Of a DNA stretch of 27,939 bases, positions 9,147-19,268 are shown in pieces. The notes under the pieces are model-generated. The model saw only the letters and a list, made by a program, of their open reading frames with translations. It searched no databases and was not told the DNA's origin. The translations under genes were made by a program, and so were the position numbers. The DNA is taken from IMG/VR virus record IMGVR_UViG_3300028640_000036. One strand, written 5' to 3'. Origin of the DNA: a virus. The first letter of the stretch is position 1. Each line of letters starts with the position of its first letter.

Positions 9147-10868
9147 ATGACAATTGAACAAATTAAGCTAAAACTTGAAGAATTTCGAACAATTTTTCTT
9201 GGTAAAAATTTTGTTTGGCGAAAAGGACAACAAGATGTAATAATAGAAGTTATTAAGACTTACTTTGATAAATCCAAGAATGTTGTAATAATAGATGCCC
9301 CAGTGGGTAGTGGTAAATCATTAATTGGTATGGCTGTTGCTTGGATTCTTAACGAACAAAAGCTTAAAGGATACATTCTTGCATCTGATTTATCTCTTCA
9401 AGAACAATATGAAAAAGATTTTGATCGTTTTAATTTACACTGGGGTTCAATAAAAGGTGTGGATAATTATCTCTGCATTGACAATATGGAAAAAAATTCC
9501 TTAGGAACTTGTAGAATTCGAAATAAACCCCCACGCACTATGCCTTGTTATGATTCATGTCCCTATTTTGTGGTTAGAGATTTAGCCTCAAAATCGCCTA
9601 CAGCATTATTAAATTATGCATATTGGTTGATCATGCAAAATTATGTTAATAAAACTATTGATGAGCCTTTATTTCCGCCAAGACATTTTACGATATGTGA
9701 TGAAGGGCATAAAATTCTTGACATAATTCAAAACCATTATTCCCCAAGATTTGATCCTAAAACAACTGAAAAACTTGAGAAATTAACCGAATTTTTTGCA
9801 GTTTTTAAAGTTAAAGATCATTATATAGATTATAGAAATATTCAACGATGTATTGAAAAATTATTTAAAACAGAAAATCAAGATAAACTTCACGAGATAC
9901 TTTTAGAAATAGAAGAATCATTTGAAGAATATCTTCCATCCATAGAAACATTAAAGACAAAGGTTAATGATGATTATCCTGATACTGATCCTCCAAAGGA
10001 ATGGAGAGAAGCCCTTTGGTTATCAGACTGGTTAAAAGATTTGCATTGTAAAGTTGAAGACTTTAATGAAATTATAGACAAAACTTCAGTAAGAAATATT
10101 GTTAAAAACCCTACAGGTGAAAATGAATTAACATTTAATTGTCTTCAGGAATCTTATATGATGCATAAGTATTTTCACCAATGGACGGGTTTTACAATTT
10201 TAATGAGTGCTACATTTGCAGACCCTACAAAATATTTAAAAAGCATTGCGCTTAAAGATGCTAAGTATATAAAAATGGAATCGACTTTTGACTTCTCAAA
10301 ATCACCAATATATTTTTATAATCAAAGAAGAATGACTTATAATCAAATAGACGAAAATCTTCCTTGGTTATTCAGTAAAATAAATGAAATTCTTGAACAT
10401 CATCATAATCAAAATGGTGTTATACATACTGCATCTTATGACTTAGCGCTTAAAATATTTGTAGGACTCAGTAATAAAAATAAGAAAAGAATACTTGTGT
10501 ATAATGGTTCTGAAGAAAAAAGGCAAGTACTTGAAATATTAAAAAGAAATAAAAATAAAGTAATAATGGGTCCATCATTACTTGAGGGATTAGATTTAAA
10601 AGATGATTGGTCTCGTTTTCAAATATTTGCTAAAGTTCCTTATTTATCTTTAAGCGATAAATTTGTTGCTACAAAACTTAAAATTGATCCCGATTGGTAC
10701 CGGTGGAAAGCGATAATTAACGTACTCCAGGGCAGCGGTCGTTCTGTAAGAAGTGAAACAGATTGGGCTATTACATATATGCTTGATGGTGCATTAGCAG
10801 ATTTAATTCATAATAATAGAAAAGCCTTTCCTCCCGAATTCATGAAAAGAATAGTGGTTGTTGAATAG
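9147..10868 (+). CDS. DinG/Rad3(XPD)-family SF2 helicase with putative 4Fe-4S cluster
   Basis: Q motif WRKGQ, Walker A APVGSGKS, four Cys (YLC, GTC, MPC, DSC), DEGH, MSAT, LEGLDL and QGSGRSVRSETD. Confidence 0.9.
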   Translation: MTIEQIKLKLEEFRTIFLGKNFVWRKGQQDVIIEVIKTYFDKSKNVVIIDAPVGSGKSLIGMAVAWILNEQKLKGYILASDLSLQEQYEKDFDRFNLHWGSIKGVDNYLCIDNMEKNSLGTCRIRNKPPRTMPCYDSCPYFVVRDLASKSPTALLNYAYWLIMQNYVNKTIDEPLFPPRHFTICDEGHKILDIIQNHYSPRFDPKTTEKLEKLTEFFAVFKVKDHYIDYRNIQRCIEKLFKTENQDKLHEILLEIEESFEEYLPSIETLKTKVNDDYPDTDPPKEWREALWLSDWLKDLHCKVEDFNEIIDKTSVRNIVKNPTGENELTFNCLQESYMMHKYFHQWTGFTILMSATFADPTKYLKSIALKDAKYIKMESTFDFSKSPIYFYNQRRMTYNQIDENLPWLFSKINEILEHHHNQNGVIHTASYDLALKIFVGLSNKNKKRILVYNGSEEKRQVLEILKRNKNKVIMGPSLLEGLDLKDDWSRFQIFAKVPYLSLSDKFVATKLKIDPDWYRWKAIINVLQGSGRSVRSETDWAITYMLDGALADLIHNNRKAFPPEFMKRIVVVE

Positions 10869-10903
10869 TAATGAATAAATAAAATAAACGCTAAAATAAA
10901 TTC

Positions 10904-12259
10904 ATGGCATTACATAACAGATATAATAACGAAAATATACTTGTTCGTGCAGTTATTGCCGGATTGCTTAATATTCTTAATAACAAGATTACATATGAAC
11001 AAGTGTGGTCTAATGAAGATATTGAAACAGTAGAAGTTCCATGGTATTATAACATGTCAGGCGATGAAAGATTCATGCAAGATTTTTATACACATTATGG
11101 AGATTGTATAGCCCCTAAACCCGCAGATGGAAATTTTGACATGATACCTCGAGGTGTAATCACTTATACTGGTTCTGAGATTGATTCTGCTCGAACAACT
11201 TCTCGTTATGTTCAGGCAAATTTCCTTAAAGAAGTTAATGGACAATTACAATCTTTTAGGGCATTTCTTTATCTTATCCCTCTTAACGTAAATTTTGATT
11301 GTGAGATTTGGCTAGATACGCAAATAACCGGATTAAAAGTCGAACAAATGATAAGAGAGGTTTTCTACAAAACTATCACATTTTATATTTTCTATAAAGG
11401 ACTAAGAATGGGTTGTTCAGTAGGATTCCCAGAAAGTGTTACACTTGAGAAAAATATTAATTATTCGTTTGAACAAGATAACAAAATAAAACTTACATTT
11501 AATTTACAAGTTGAAGCCTATCAACCGGTGTTTGACAACACAACTGAAGTTGAAGCAGATTCTTACATGAAAGGAATTGGATACAGATTAGTAGATAAAA
11601 AAGACTTAGATAATGATGGCGAAATAATTATTACTACAGATTACAACAATAAGATTGTTCCTAAAGGCATACCACTTGTAATTGAATGGGACTATAAACA
11701 AGAGAATGCTGTCATTAATAGAGTAGATGTTGCATGGACTTTAACAACGGACAATGTAAAAACCAATATCGAAAAGGGTGTAATTAATCATGAATATTAT
11801 GTCTGGAATATCCCTGATACATTTACAAGTTTTAAGCCTCCTCAAATAATATGGGACACGGAATCAGCAGTTAAAGCATATAGAGAACCTGTAATTAGAA
11901 TAGCGCCTAATATATCTACAGGAGAAATTGATACTTTATCATTTTATGTTGTTGATAGTGGCTATTTTGTATCTCCAATGGCAGATACTTCTATAAATGC
12001 TATATTAGAAATGAGAGACACGAATAACAGAGTTGTGTATTCAGGAGATGCATCATTATATTTTAATATTGTTGATTACCAGATAGATGAAAATGATCCT
12101 GTTACGTTACCTTATGGGAACATTATTTATCCGGGGAATATTGATTACAAGACAATTAACTTATATGTAATTAATTCAGTAGTGGGGCATAGCGTATCAT
12201 TATCCCCTTCTGATAATACGCAACCTTACGGGGTTATAACGAATTTAACTATTGTATAA
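10904..12259 (+). CDS. T4 gp15-like tail terminator/sheath stabilizer with C-terminal extension
   Basis: N-terminal ~215 aa recalls the gp15 pattern (VEVPWYYNMSGDERFM, MIPRGVI, IPLNVNFDCEIWLD, VEQMIREVF). About 230 extra beta-rich residues follow. Confidence 0.6.
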   Translation: MALHNRYNNENILVRAVIAGLLNILNNKITYEQVWSNEDIETVEVPWYYNMSGDERFMQDFYTHYGDCIAPKPADGNFDMIPRGVITYTGSEIDSARTTSRYVQANFLKEVNGQLQSFRAFLYLIPLNVNFDCEIWLDTQITGLKVEQMIREVFYKTITFYIFYKGLRMGCSVGFPESVTLEKNINYSFEQDNKIKLTFNLQVEAYQPVFDNTTEVEADSYMKGIGYRLVDKKDLDNDGEIIITTDYNNKIVPKGIPLVIEWDYKQENAVINRVDVAWTLTTDNVKTNIEKGVINHEYYVWNIPDTFTSFKPPQIIWDTESAVKAYREPVIRIAPNISTGEIDTLSFYVVDSGYFVSPMADTSINAILEMRDTNNRVVYSGDASLYFNIVDYQIDENDPVTLPYGNIIYPGNIDYKTINLYVINSVVGHSVSLSPSDNTQPYGVITNLTIV

Positions 12260-12335
12260 GATTTGGATAAAATTTTCGAAAATATTAAAATATATAAATA
12301 AAATTAATATCATTAAATCAAATAATTATGTGGCT

Positions 12336-14411
12336 ATGATAGCAAAAATTAATGAATTAAAGACAAAAACGTCTATAAATGAAGTTAAAACATTATGCGA
12401 AACAGCAATTAGCGCAATTAGTTCCGCAATTTATAATGGAGTTACATTTGACGCTCAACATGAAATTGAAAGAGTTGCATTATATAACCTATTTGAAGGA
12501 TTAAATAAATATGCTTCCAATTCTTATATTAAAGAATGGGTTGATAACCAAAAACGAATATATAGTGTTAAAAATTTAGGCGTTAGAACTGCAGTAAATA
12601 GATTAATCGAAAATGAATCTCGTTTTGACCCAACATTATCAATAGTTCTTGAAAATTTTCGAAATAAGGTTGAACAAAATATACCGGAAGTTCTTCTTTA
12701 TGAAGAATTTATTTCTGCATTATCGGGCTTTAATTACTTACCAGCAGTTAACACAGAATTAAATGCTGTTGCTAGCCGTGTTGATCAGTATAAGAATGAT
12801 GTTGATATTTCAAAGATAATTGCTACTATGGCAGAAACAAGAAGCAGTTATTTACTTCCTGTTATTGAGGATGTAGTTGAAAACTATCTTAATAAGAAAA
12901 CTGAACAAAATAAGAGTTCTCTTAAAGAAACTCTTATTAAATTTAGTTATGATCCTTTTATTAGAGACATTTTAAACATTGTAACTCTTGATGCTACACA
13001 GCTACAATTAGAATATAATAACGCACAGTGTGATATTGATGATAAACTTTTTTCACCTATTCTTTATTTAGGTGAAAATGAAGCTCTTTTTAATGTTCGT
13101 GGTTCTTACTATGTTAAAAAAGGAAACAATGTGCACAAGATTAAAAACGCTGATGTAAATAAACTTGATGAATCTTTCAGAGCACTTTGTGATATTATTA
13201 ATCTTCCAAACGTAGAAATTTCTAAAAAAGACATTAAAGTTTATATTGGCAATAGAGAAGCAGAATTAACTGAGAATAAAACTATAATCGACGGGCAAGA
13301 ATTTTCAGCTAAACAAATAAATGAATCTGTTAAAGTTGCCGAATGGACAGGCGATGTTGAATTCTTTAAGATGATAAATTTACTTAGAGAAAATTTTGAT
13401 GAAATTGCAGAACTTGATTTTGTTAAAAGAGTTTATCTTAAAGAAAATGCAAATCATGCTGCTGACATATTCAAATTAAGAGATAACATTTTTATCACCA
13501 CATTTGATCCTGTTAATGATAAGACAACATTCTATCGTAATATTAATCCTATTCAGGCTGAAAAGATCATGATGGAACATATGAGATATGATGTTTCTAA
13601 GACGTTTGAAGATATTCTTCCTAACAAAGAAAAAATATTGAATGAAATCAATGAAACCAAACAAGAATACAATAATTATATTTCTGAGTTACGAGGAAAG
13701 ATAGATTTATTTTCAACGTATGGTCCTGAACATTTTGTTGCATCAGAAGTAATTAAATCACTTCAAGAAGAATTAACAGAAGTTAAAGAAGAATATAAAA
13801 AATATCTTAATGAAATAGAATCATTTACAAGCGTAACTGAAAATTTAAACATAACTGTTCAAGATGACCAAACAGGAAAATCATATACAGTTGTAGTTCC
13901 TACAGGTGCTATGGCAGCTAAAGGTTCTGGAACTCAAAATGAACCTGGAACTGATGCTGAAGGGGATGAATTCGGGACTACAGTAGGAAAATCAAGTATA
14001 ACTGATCCTGTTGCAGGAGGTCCAGCTTCTACGGTTACATTTGATGATGATCAAACTGAATTACTAAGTGACATGCCTTCATCCGAAGAAGACAAAGTAG
14101 ATCTTGATGCAGATGAATTGGAGGCTTATGCTGATAAAGTTGATGCTGAAGCTGAACTTGAAAAACCCGAAATGCCTAAAGGTGAGGAAGAATTCGGAGA
14201 TGAAGAAGGAACTACAGAATTAGAACTTGATAATGAAACTGAAGAAGAAATTCCAGCTGAAGATGAAGAAGATAAGAAAGAAGAAACTGTAGGCGCACCT
14301 AATAAAAACTTAGAAAGAACAGCTTTTGATAAAGACAAGAATCCTAATGATTTAAATGAGCCTAAAAAAGTTAAAAAAGTATTTCTTAAGAGACCCAAAC
14401 AAACAAAATAA
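12336..14411 (+). CDS. Large acidic putative structural/scaffold-like protein
   Basis: 691 aa from ATG 12336 (GTG 12330 possible), downstream of ATATATAAATAAAA at 12290. It has many (I/L)-X-E motifs, coiled coil, and a very acidic disordered C-terminus. Function is inferred only. Confidence 0.6.
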   Translation: MIAKINELKTKTSINEVKTLCETAISAISSAIYNGVTFDAQHEIERVALYNLFEGLNKYASNSYIKEWVDNQKRIYSVKNLGVRTAVNRLIENESRFDPTLSIVLENFRNKVEQNIPEVLLYEEFISALSGFNYLPAVNTELNAVASRVDQYKNDVDISKIIATMAETRSSYLLPVIEDVVENYLNKKTEQNKSSLKETLIKFSYDPFIRDILNIVTLDATQLQLEYNNAQCDIDDKLFSPILYLGENEALFNVRGSYYVKKGNNVHKIKNADVNKLDESFRALCDIINLPNVEISKKDIKVYIGNREAELTENKTIIDGQEFSAKQINESVKVAEWTGDVEFFKMINLLRENFDEIAELDFVKRVYLKENANHAADIFKLRDNIFITTFDPVNDKTTFYRNINPIQAEKIMMEHMRYDVSKTFEDILPNKEKILNEINETKQEYNNYISELRGKIDLFSTYGPEHFVASEVIKSLQEELTEVKEEYKKYLNEIESFTSVTENLNITVQDDQTGKSYTVVVPTGAMAAKGSGTQNEPGTDAEGDEFGTTVGKSSITDPVAGGPASTVTFDDDQTELLSDMPSSEEDKVDLDADELEAYADKVDAEAELEKPEMPKGEEEFGDEEGTTELELDNETEEEIPAEDEEDKKEETVGAPNKNLERTAFDKDKNPNDLNEPKKVKKVFLKRPKQTK

Positions 14412-14430
14412 AAACTAAATCTTTACCGTT

Positions 14431-15192
14431 ATGTTAAAATTTAATAAACAAGAAATATACCTTATATTTGAAGGACTTAAGTGTTTAATGAATACTAAAA
14501 AATATTCACATAAAGATATAATGCCTCTAGTAAATAAAATGCTTGAAACCGGAAAAATTGATACTTCTCGACAAGATGCATTCAAAATTCCCGAATCAGT
14601 TAATGAAGAGCTACAATTACATGACAAAGTTAAATATGATAAGCAAACCGGGTTTATTACAGGAGAAATAAACGGAAAATTTATTGTAATGATTCAGGGA
14701 AGAACCTACCTCGTAGATCCCAAAGAACTTAAGGAATATTCACCTAAGCCCGAAATAACAACTAAACCTCATATGAAATTTGATGAAGAAACACAAAAAC
14801 TTCTCTTTGAACAGTATGTTAAATGCGGAATTCATCAGGGCAACATTCCAGTAAAAACAAACAGATGCTTTGTTAGATATGATCAATGGGAAAATGCAAG
14901 AGAAGATCAGCAAGTAAGAGTAAGCGTTGAAGGCATAGTTACATACGTGCCTAAAAATAAAATCGTAATATATGAAAATGTTAACGATTTTGCTAATCCT
15001 GAAAATTATGTTCCTGGGGTATTGATTGATCAAGTTACAGAAGAAGCTACACAAAATATTTTAGTTAATGTTATTGACTATACATCTGCGTTAGGTGATG
15101 CTGATAGTATAAGAATAATCATACAAAATGATATGGGAGAGCAAGAATTTCAAACTGCTCCTAAATCAATGGTAAGAACGTTATCAATTTAA
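14431..15192 (+). CDS. Hypothetical protein
   Basis: 253-aa ORF in the morphogenesis region. Confidence 0.7.
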   Translation: MLKFNKQEIYLIFEGLKCLMNTKKYSHKDIMPLVNKMLETGKIDTSRQDAFKIPESVNEELQLHDKVKYDKQTGFITGEINGKFIVMIQGRTYLVDPKELKEYSPKPEITTKPHMKFDEETQKLLFEQYVKCGIHQGNIPVKTNRCFVRYDQWENAREDQQVRVSVEGIVTYVPKNKIVIYENVNDFANPENYVPGVLIDQVTEEATQNILVNVIDYTSALGDADSIRIIIQNDMGEQEFQTAPKSMVRTLSI

Positions 15193-15196
15193 AATT

Positions 15197-15679
15197 ATGG
15201 CAACAAAGAAAAATATCACACCTACGTCATCGCCAGGGTTTTTAAAACCTATAAAATCGCTTTTAGATAATATTAAAAACGTATGGGGATATTTTATGAC
15301 TGTTGTTGCAATAGGAACATTTGTTTGGACATTAGGAGTTAAATCTGAAAGAAAAAGCGTAGATACTGCTAATCTTAAAAATGCTGTAGAATCATTAAAA
15401 GAAAACAGCAAAAAAATAGATACGTTAATTATTATAATTAATGATATTAAAAGTTCTCAGGCAAATTTAGTTGAAGGACAAAATTCTTTACGGGATTCAT
15501 ATGTAAAATATTTGGTTAATGATCCAAAATTAACTAAAAAAGATTTTATGGAATACATGCAAGGGCTTGAATTTCAAATTGAGATGCCAAATATTCCCGA
15601 GATTACAAAATCGACTAACGATACAATAGAATATAAGCCAAAGATTACAGTTAAAAAGGCTGGTTCTAATATAAAATAA
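15197..15679 (+). CDS. Membrane-anchored coiled-coil hypothetical protein
   Basis: Hydrophobic segment VWGYFMTVVAIGTFVWTLGV followed by a heptad-rich region. Confidence 0.65.
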   Translation: MATKKNITPTSSPGFLKPIKSLLDNIKNVWGYFMTVVAIGTFVWTLGVKSERKSVDTANLKNAVESLKENSKKIDTLIIIINDIKSSQANLVEGQNSLRDSYVKYLVNDPKLTKKDFMEYMQGLEFQIEMPNIPEITKSTNDTIEYKPKITVKKAGSNIK

Positions 15680-15700
15680 TCAGTTAAGTTCACAAAAATT

Positions 15701-15739
15701 AAAAGCGTGTTAAAACTTATCACGCTTTTGTTATATAAA
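15701..15739 (+). promoter_or_regulatory. Terminator-like hairpin with embedded AAAACTT, plus downstream TATAAA
   Basis: AAAAGCGTG (15701-15709) pairs with CACGCTTTT (15721-15729). AAAACTT 15712-15718 lies in the loop; TATAAA is at 15734-15739. Confidence 0.6.
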
Positions 15740-15765
15740 TTAAAAATTATATAAATTTTAACTTT

Positions 15766-16119
15766 ATGGCAACAAATCATTATGTTAAAAACTCTGAATT
15801 ACGGGAAGAAATAATACGATGTAAAAAGAATGATGTTTTATCAGAAGAAGCTATTAACATGTTTATAATCCTTGCTAAAAAATACTCCAATAAATATCAA
15901 TATATGTATGAAGAAGATAGAGAAGATTGCATTTCATTTGCAGTTATGGACTGTTATCTTTATTGGAGAGGTTATGATCCTGAAAGATCACAAAATGCAT
16001 TTGCCTATTACACTCAAATAGTCAAAAATGGATTCGCTAAAGGTTGGCGTAGATTATACGGGAATTTACCTAAATCACGTAAAATATCTCTTTCAACTAA
16101 CAATATATATAACATATAA
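15766..16119 (+). CDS. T4 gp55-like late-transcription sigma factor (compact)
   Basis: HYVKNSELREEI, YMYEEDREDCISFAVMDC, YDPERSQNAFAYYTQIVKNGF match the gp55 family pattern (NxFAYxTQI). Confidence 0.82.
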   Translation: MATNHYVKNSELREEIIRCKKNDVLSEEAINMFIILAKKYSNKYQYMYEEDREDCISFAVMDCYLYWRGYDPERSQNAFAYYTQIVKNGFAKGWRRLYGNLPKSRKISLSTNNIYNI

Positions 16120-16710
16120 ATGGCTTTTAATGAATCATATAAGCATTGGCATAAACCGGATATGTCTCCTAATGCTAAAACACAACAAGGATATTATAAG
16201 CTTCAAAACCCGCAAAAATATCTGGGCAATCCATCTCTTGTAATATATCGTTCTTCTTGGGAACATTCGTTTTGCCGTTGGTGTGATTTTTCTCCTTCTG
16301 TTTTACGTTGGAGTTCAGAACCCATAAGAATTCCATATTATGATAGAATCTCCAAACTTGAGGAATGTAAAAAACAAGGCTTAGATCCTAACAATCCAAA
16401 AAATTGGGTTGTTAAATATTATAATACAGATTATTGGATTGAAGTTGATAAAGGCGATGGTGAAATACAGAGAATGTTTATTGAAATAAAACCTTCAGGA
16501 AAATTAAAAAAACCTATCCCACCAAATGCAAATGCACCTCTTAAAGAAATTAGAAAATTTAACAACGATGCTAAAGAATACTTGATAAATGAAGCTAAAT
16601 GGGCTGCAATGAATGCATGGGCAGAAAAAAGTAATGCTAAATTTTATGTCTTTACAGAGCATACGTTAGAAAAACTTATAGGTCGATTTTGGCCAGCGAA
16701 TAACAGATAA
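16120..16710 (+). CDS. T4 gp4-like head completion nuclease (TnsA-like PD-(D/E)XK)
   Basis: NPQKYLGNPSLVIYRSSWE, WSSEPIRIPY, YNTDYW, FIEIKP, NEAKWAAM and FYVFTE. Confidence 0.88.
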   Translation: MAFNESYKHWHKPDMSPNAKTQQGYYKLQNPQKYLGNPSLVIYRSSWEHSFCRWCDFSPSVLRWSSEPIRIPYYDRISKLEECKKQGLDPNNPKNWVVKYYNTDYWIEVDKGDGEIQRMFIEIKPSGKLKKPIPPNANAPLKEIRKFNNDAKEYLINEAKWAAMNAWAEKSNAKFYVFTEHTLEKLIGRFWPANNR

Positions 16711-17414
16711 TGAAATCGCCTAAAGAATTACATGAAATATATAAGCGAATCGATGATATCGAAAAAGTTGCTTATGAAAGATTAATAGAAAATTACTTAC
16801 GACTTGAATTAAAGGGTGATCATAAATTAATTGATATAGACTCAACTGATCAAGAATCTTTAATAGCTCGTGCTAATCGTGGGTTGCCTATCCCAGGAAT
16901 GATTTATATTTTTATCAATGTTGATGAAAATAATCTAGTTGAATTAGAAAATTTTAAAACAGGAAAACAAGTTACTTTTCATGATTTTACTCCAATAGTT
17001 TTTTGCACTTCTTTTAACCCGACAACAAAGTTAATTAAAGGCATTAACATGAATATTTTGCCACCTTCAGAAAGATTAAAGTTTCTTCAAGTGTATTATG
17101 AATATTATAAAAACTTTTTTCAAAAAATAGAAGAAAAAACTCAAAACAATAAATTAGCTGTTAATTATACATATATTATGGCTACAATACTTGGTAAGAA
17201 TCCTCAACTTTTTGAGATATTTAATAAAAAATATAACACTTTATTCGAGTTTGGTTATCGATCATACTATTTAAGAAATGTAAGAAAATTTAGAATGATT
17301 GAATACGAGGAATGGAAATATATCCCGTTCTTAACACCTTCTTATGCGTTTAAAAGAATTAATTTAGAAATACTTTATCAAATGTATTGGGACAATCGAA
17401 ATAACAAAGAATAA
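16710..17414 (+). CDS. Probable T4 gp2-like DNA end-protector protein
   Basis: PIPGMIYIF, HDFTPIVFC, KGINMNILPP and YRSY recall gp2-family motifs; lies between gp4 and the portal. Confidence 0.55.
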   Translation: MKSPKELHEIYKRIDDIEKVAYERLIENYLRLELKGDHKLIDIDSTDQESLIARANRGLPIPGMIYIFINVDENNLVELENFKTGKQVTFHDFTPIVFCTSFNPTTKLIKGINMNILPPSERLKFLQVYYEYYKNFFQKIEEKTQNNKLAVNYTYIMATILGKNPQLFEIFNKKYNTLFEFGYRSYYLRNVRKFRMIEYEEWKYIPFLTPSYAFKRINLEILYQMYWDNRNNKE

Positions 17415-17459
17415 AAACCATAATTATATTGTTAAATATAAATATATAAATAAATAAAA
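17414..17459 (+). promoter_or_regulatory. Stacked promoter-like motifs upstream of the portal
   Basis: AAAACCA 17414-17420 with TATAAA 17437-17442 (23-nt offset), plus ATATATAAATAAATAAAA 17442-17459. Confidence 0.45.
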
Positions 17460-17468
17460 GTAATTATT

Positions 17469-19232
17469 GTGGCTGGAATATTTTCATTACGCAATTTAGA
17501 TAGAGGCTCCCGAGGATTTTTAGATAATTTACAAAGAAATATTCGTTATCTTTCTGTGCTAGGAATGAAATGGGATCAAAATCTCATTAAACAATCCAAG
17601 TCTATCGGAATATCTGAAATTCAAGAAGATTCAATGTATAGCCTATATGGTCAACCTCAAATGGCCGCAGGCAGAGATATTGGACAAACAGAATTTATTG
17701 CTTTTTATGACAAAGAATATCCGACAAGAAGAGACTTCTTAAGAAGATTTGCAATGAATGGTGAAATAGAATACGTTTTAGATGTTATTGCCGATGAAAC
17801 TATTATCCAAGATGATGCTAACTTTTTTGCATATCCAAATACGCAAAAGCTTAAATCTGTTTTAAAAGCTGAAAAGGCTAAAGAAATTGTAGATGATTTA
17901 AATGAATCATTTAAAAGAGTTTATTATGCATTTGGATTTAATCAAGGACATGCTGCTTGGCACTATTGTAAAAAATTTCTTATTGACGGATTTCTTGCCT
18001 TTGAAATAATTTATGACGGAGAAGGAGATGAAGATGCAAAAAACATTTTAGGATTTAAAGAATTAGATCCCGTTACATTAGAACCTGAATTACGAATAGA
18101 TGAAGAAGAAAATGAATATCGGGTTTGGGTTCAATTCAGAGGAGACGCAAAAAGACAAAGAGAATTAGTTGATGGTAATGTAATTTATATCTCATGGGCA
18201 CGAAATAATTTTATTTCAAGATTATCTTACGTAGAAAGATTGGTTAGATCTTTTAACATGCTAAGAACAATGGAAAATTCCCGTATTATATGGAACATTA
18301 TTAATTCACAACACAGAATGAAAATAGTTGTTCCTATAGGTACACAATCTGAAGTTAAAGCTCGTACAAGATTATCAGAACTTAGAGGAATATATAAAGA
18401 AGATGTTAACATCGATTATGATAGCGGTGAAATAACTATAAATGGACAACCTAACTTTTCATTTGCAAAACAATATATTATTCCTTCTAAAGAAGGAAGC
18501 CAAACTGAAATAGATTCTTTTGCCCCAGCGGGATATGATCTTTCAGATACAAATGCGTTGGGGTATTTCTGGAAACGGTTTATCATTGAAACGAAAATTC
18601 CAAAGGATAGGTTTTCTTCTATAAGTGGTGAAGATGCAACATCAGCATGGAATTCCGGAGGAGATAGTATTGCAAGAGAGGAAATACGTTTCAATTATTT
18701 TATTAATAGAATTCGTACAATTTTACAGGAAATATTACACAAACCGATGTGGATTCAATTTTGTTTGAAACATCCCGAATTTGCAAAAGATAAAGCCTTG
18801 AAAGGCGCAATAGGCATTCAATTTATTGAAGAAAACTTATTTACTGAAGCTAAGAAAAGAGATATAATTTCAAAAGGCGCAGATATAGTTGAAAAGCTTA
18901 TGAACATTAGACAGCCTGAAGTAGATGATGAAGGAAAAATTACAATGGATGGAATGTACTTTGATCCAAAATTCTTAGTTGAGAAATATATGAACTTTAC
19001 AGAAGAAGATCTTAAACTTAATGCAAAATACAAAAAGGAAAGAAGAGAACAACTTTCTCGTATTGCAGATGCAGTTAAAAGATTAAATAAAAGCGATGAA
19101 GGCGAAAGTGGTGGTGGCTTTGGAGGAGGTTCTGATTTTGGAGGAGGCCCAGACATGGATCTTGGAGGAGGAGCTCCTGAAGAACCAGGAATGGAAGAAA
19201 TGCCTGATGCAGATAGCGACTTAGGAATTTAA
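17469..19232 (+). CDS. Portal protein (T4 gp20-like)
   Basis: GTG start. EIEYVLDVIADETI, FLIDGFLAFEII, GFKELDP, LSYVERLVRSFNMLRTME, YFWKRFIIETKIP and IAREEIRFNYFINRIR; Gly/acidic C-terminal tail. Confidence 0.92.
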   Translation: MAGIFSLRNLDRGSRGFLDNLQRNIRYLSVLGMKWDQNLIKQSKSIGISEIQEDSMYSLYGQPQMAAGRDIGQTEFIAFYDKEYPTRRDFLRRFAMNGEIEYVLDVIADETIIQDDANFFAYPNTQKLKSVLKAEKAKEIVDDLNESFKRVYYAFGFNQGHAAWHYCKKFLIDGFLAFEIIYDGEGDEDAKNILGFKELDPVTLEPELRIDEEENEYRVWVQFRGDAKRQRELVDGNVIYISWARNNFISRLSYVERLVRSFNMLRTMENSRIIWNIINSQHRMKIVVPIGTQSEVKARTRLSELRGIYKEDVNIDYDSGEITINGQPNFSFAKQYIIPSKEGSQTEIDSFAPAGYDLSDTNALGYFWKRFIIETKIPKDRFSSISGEDATSAWNSGGDSIAREEIRFNYFINRIRTILQEILHKPMWIQFCLKHPEFAKDKALKGAIGIQFIEENLFTEAKKRDIISKGADIVEKLMNIRQPEVDDEGKITMDGMYFDPKFLVEKYMNFTEEDLKLNAKYKKERREQLSRIADAVKRLNKSDEGESGGGFGGGSDFGGGPDMDLGGGAPEEPGMEEMPDADSDLGI

Positions 19233-19268
19233 TTTTATGTTTAACTTAAATAAATCAAAACAAACACT

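Noticed and set aside
12252-12335. ORF-track N-terminal extensions (12252, 4878, 8776, 20995, 24273)
   Set aside because: They overlap upstream genes or run through promoter/terminator motifs; downstream ATGs fit the operon spacing better.
664-16243. Alternative-frame plus-strand ORFs 664-849, 1772-1960, 7494-7703 and 16028-16243
   Set aside because: Nested in better-supported genes, with no motifs or dedicated start signals.
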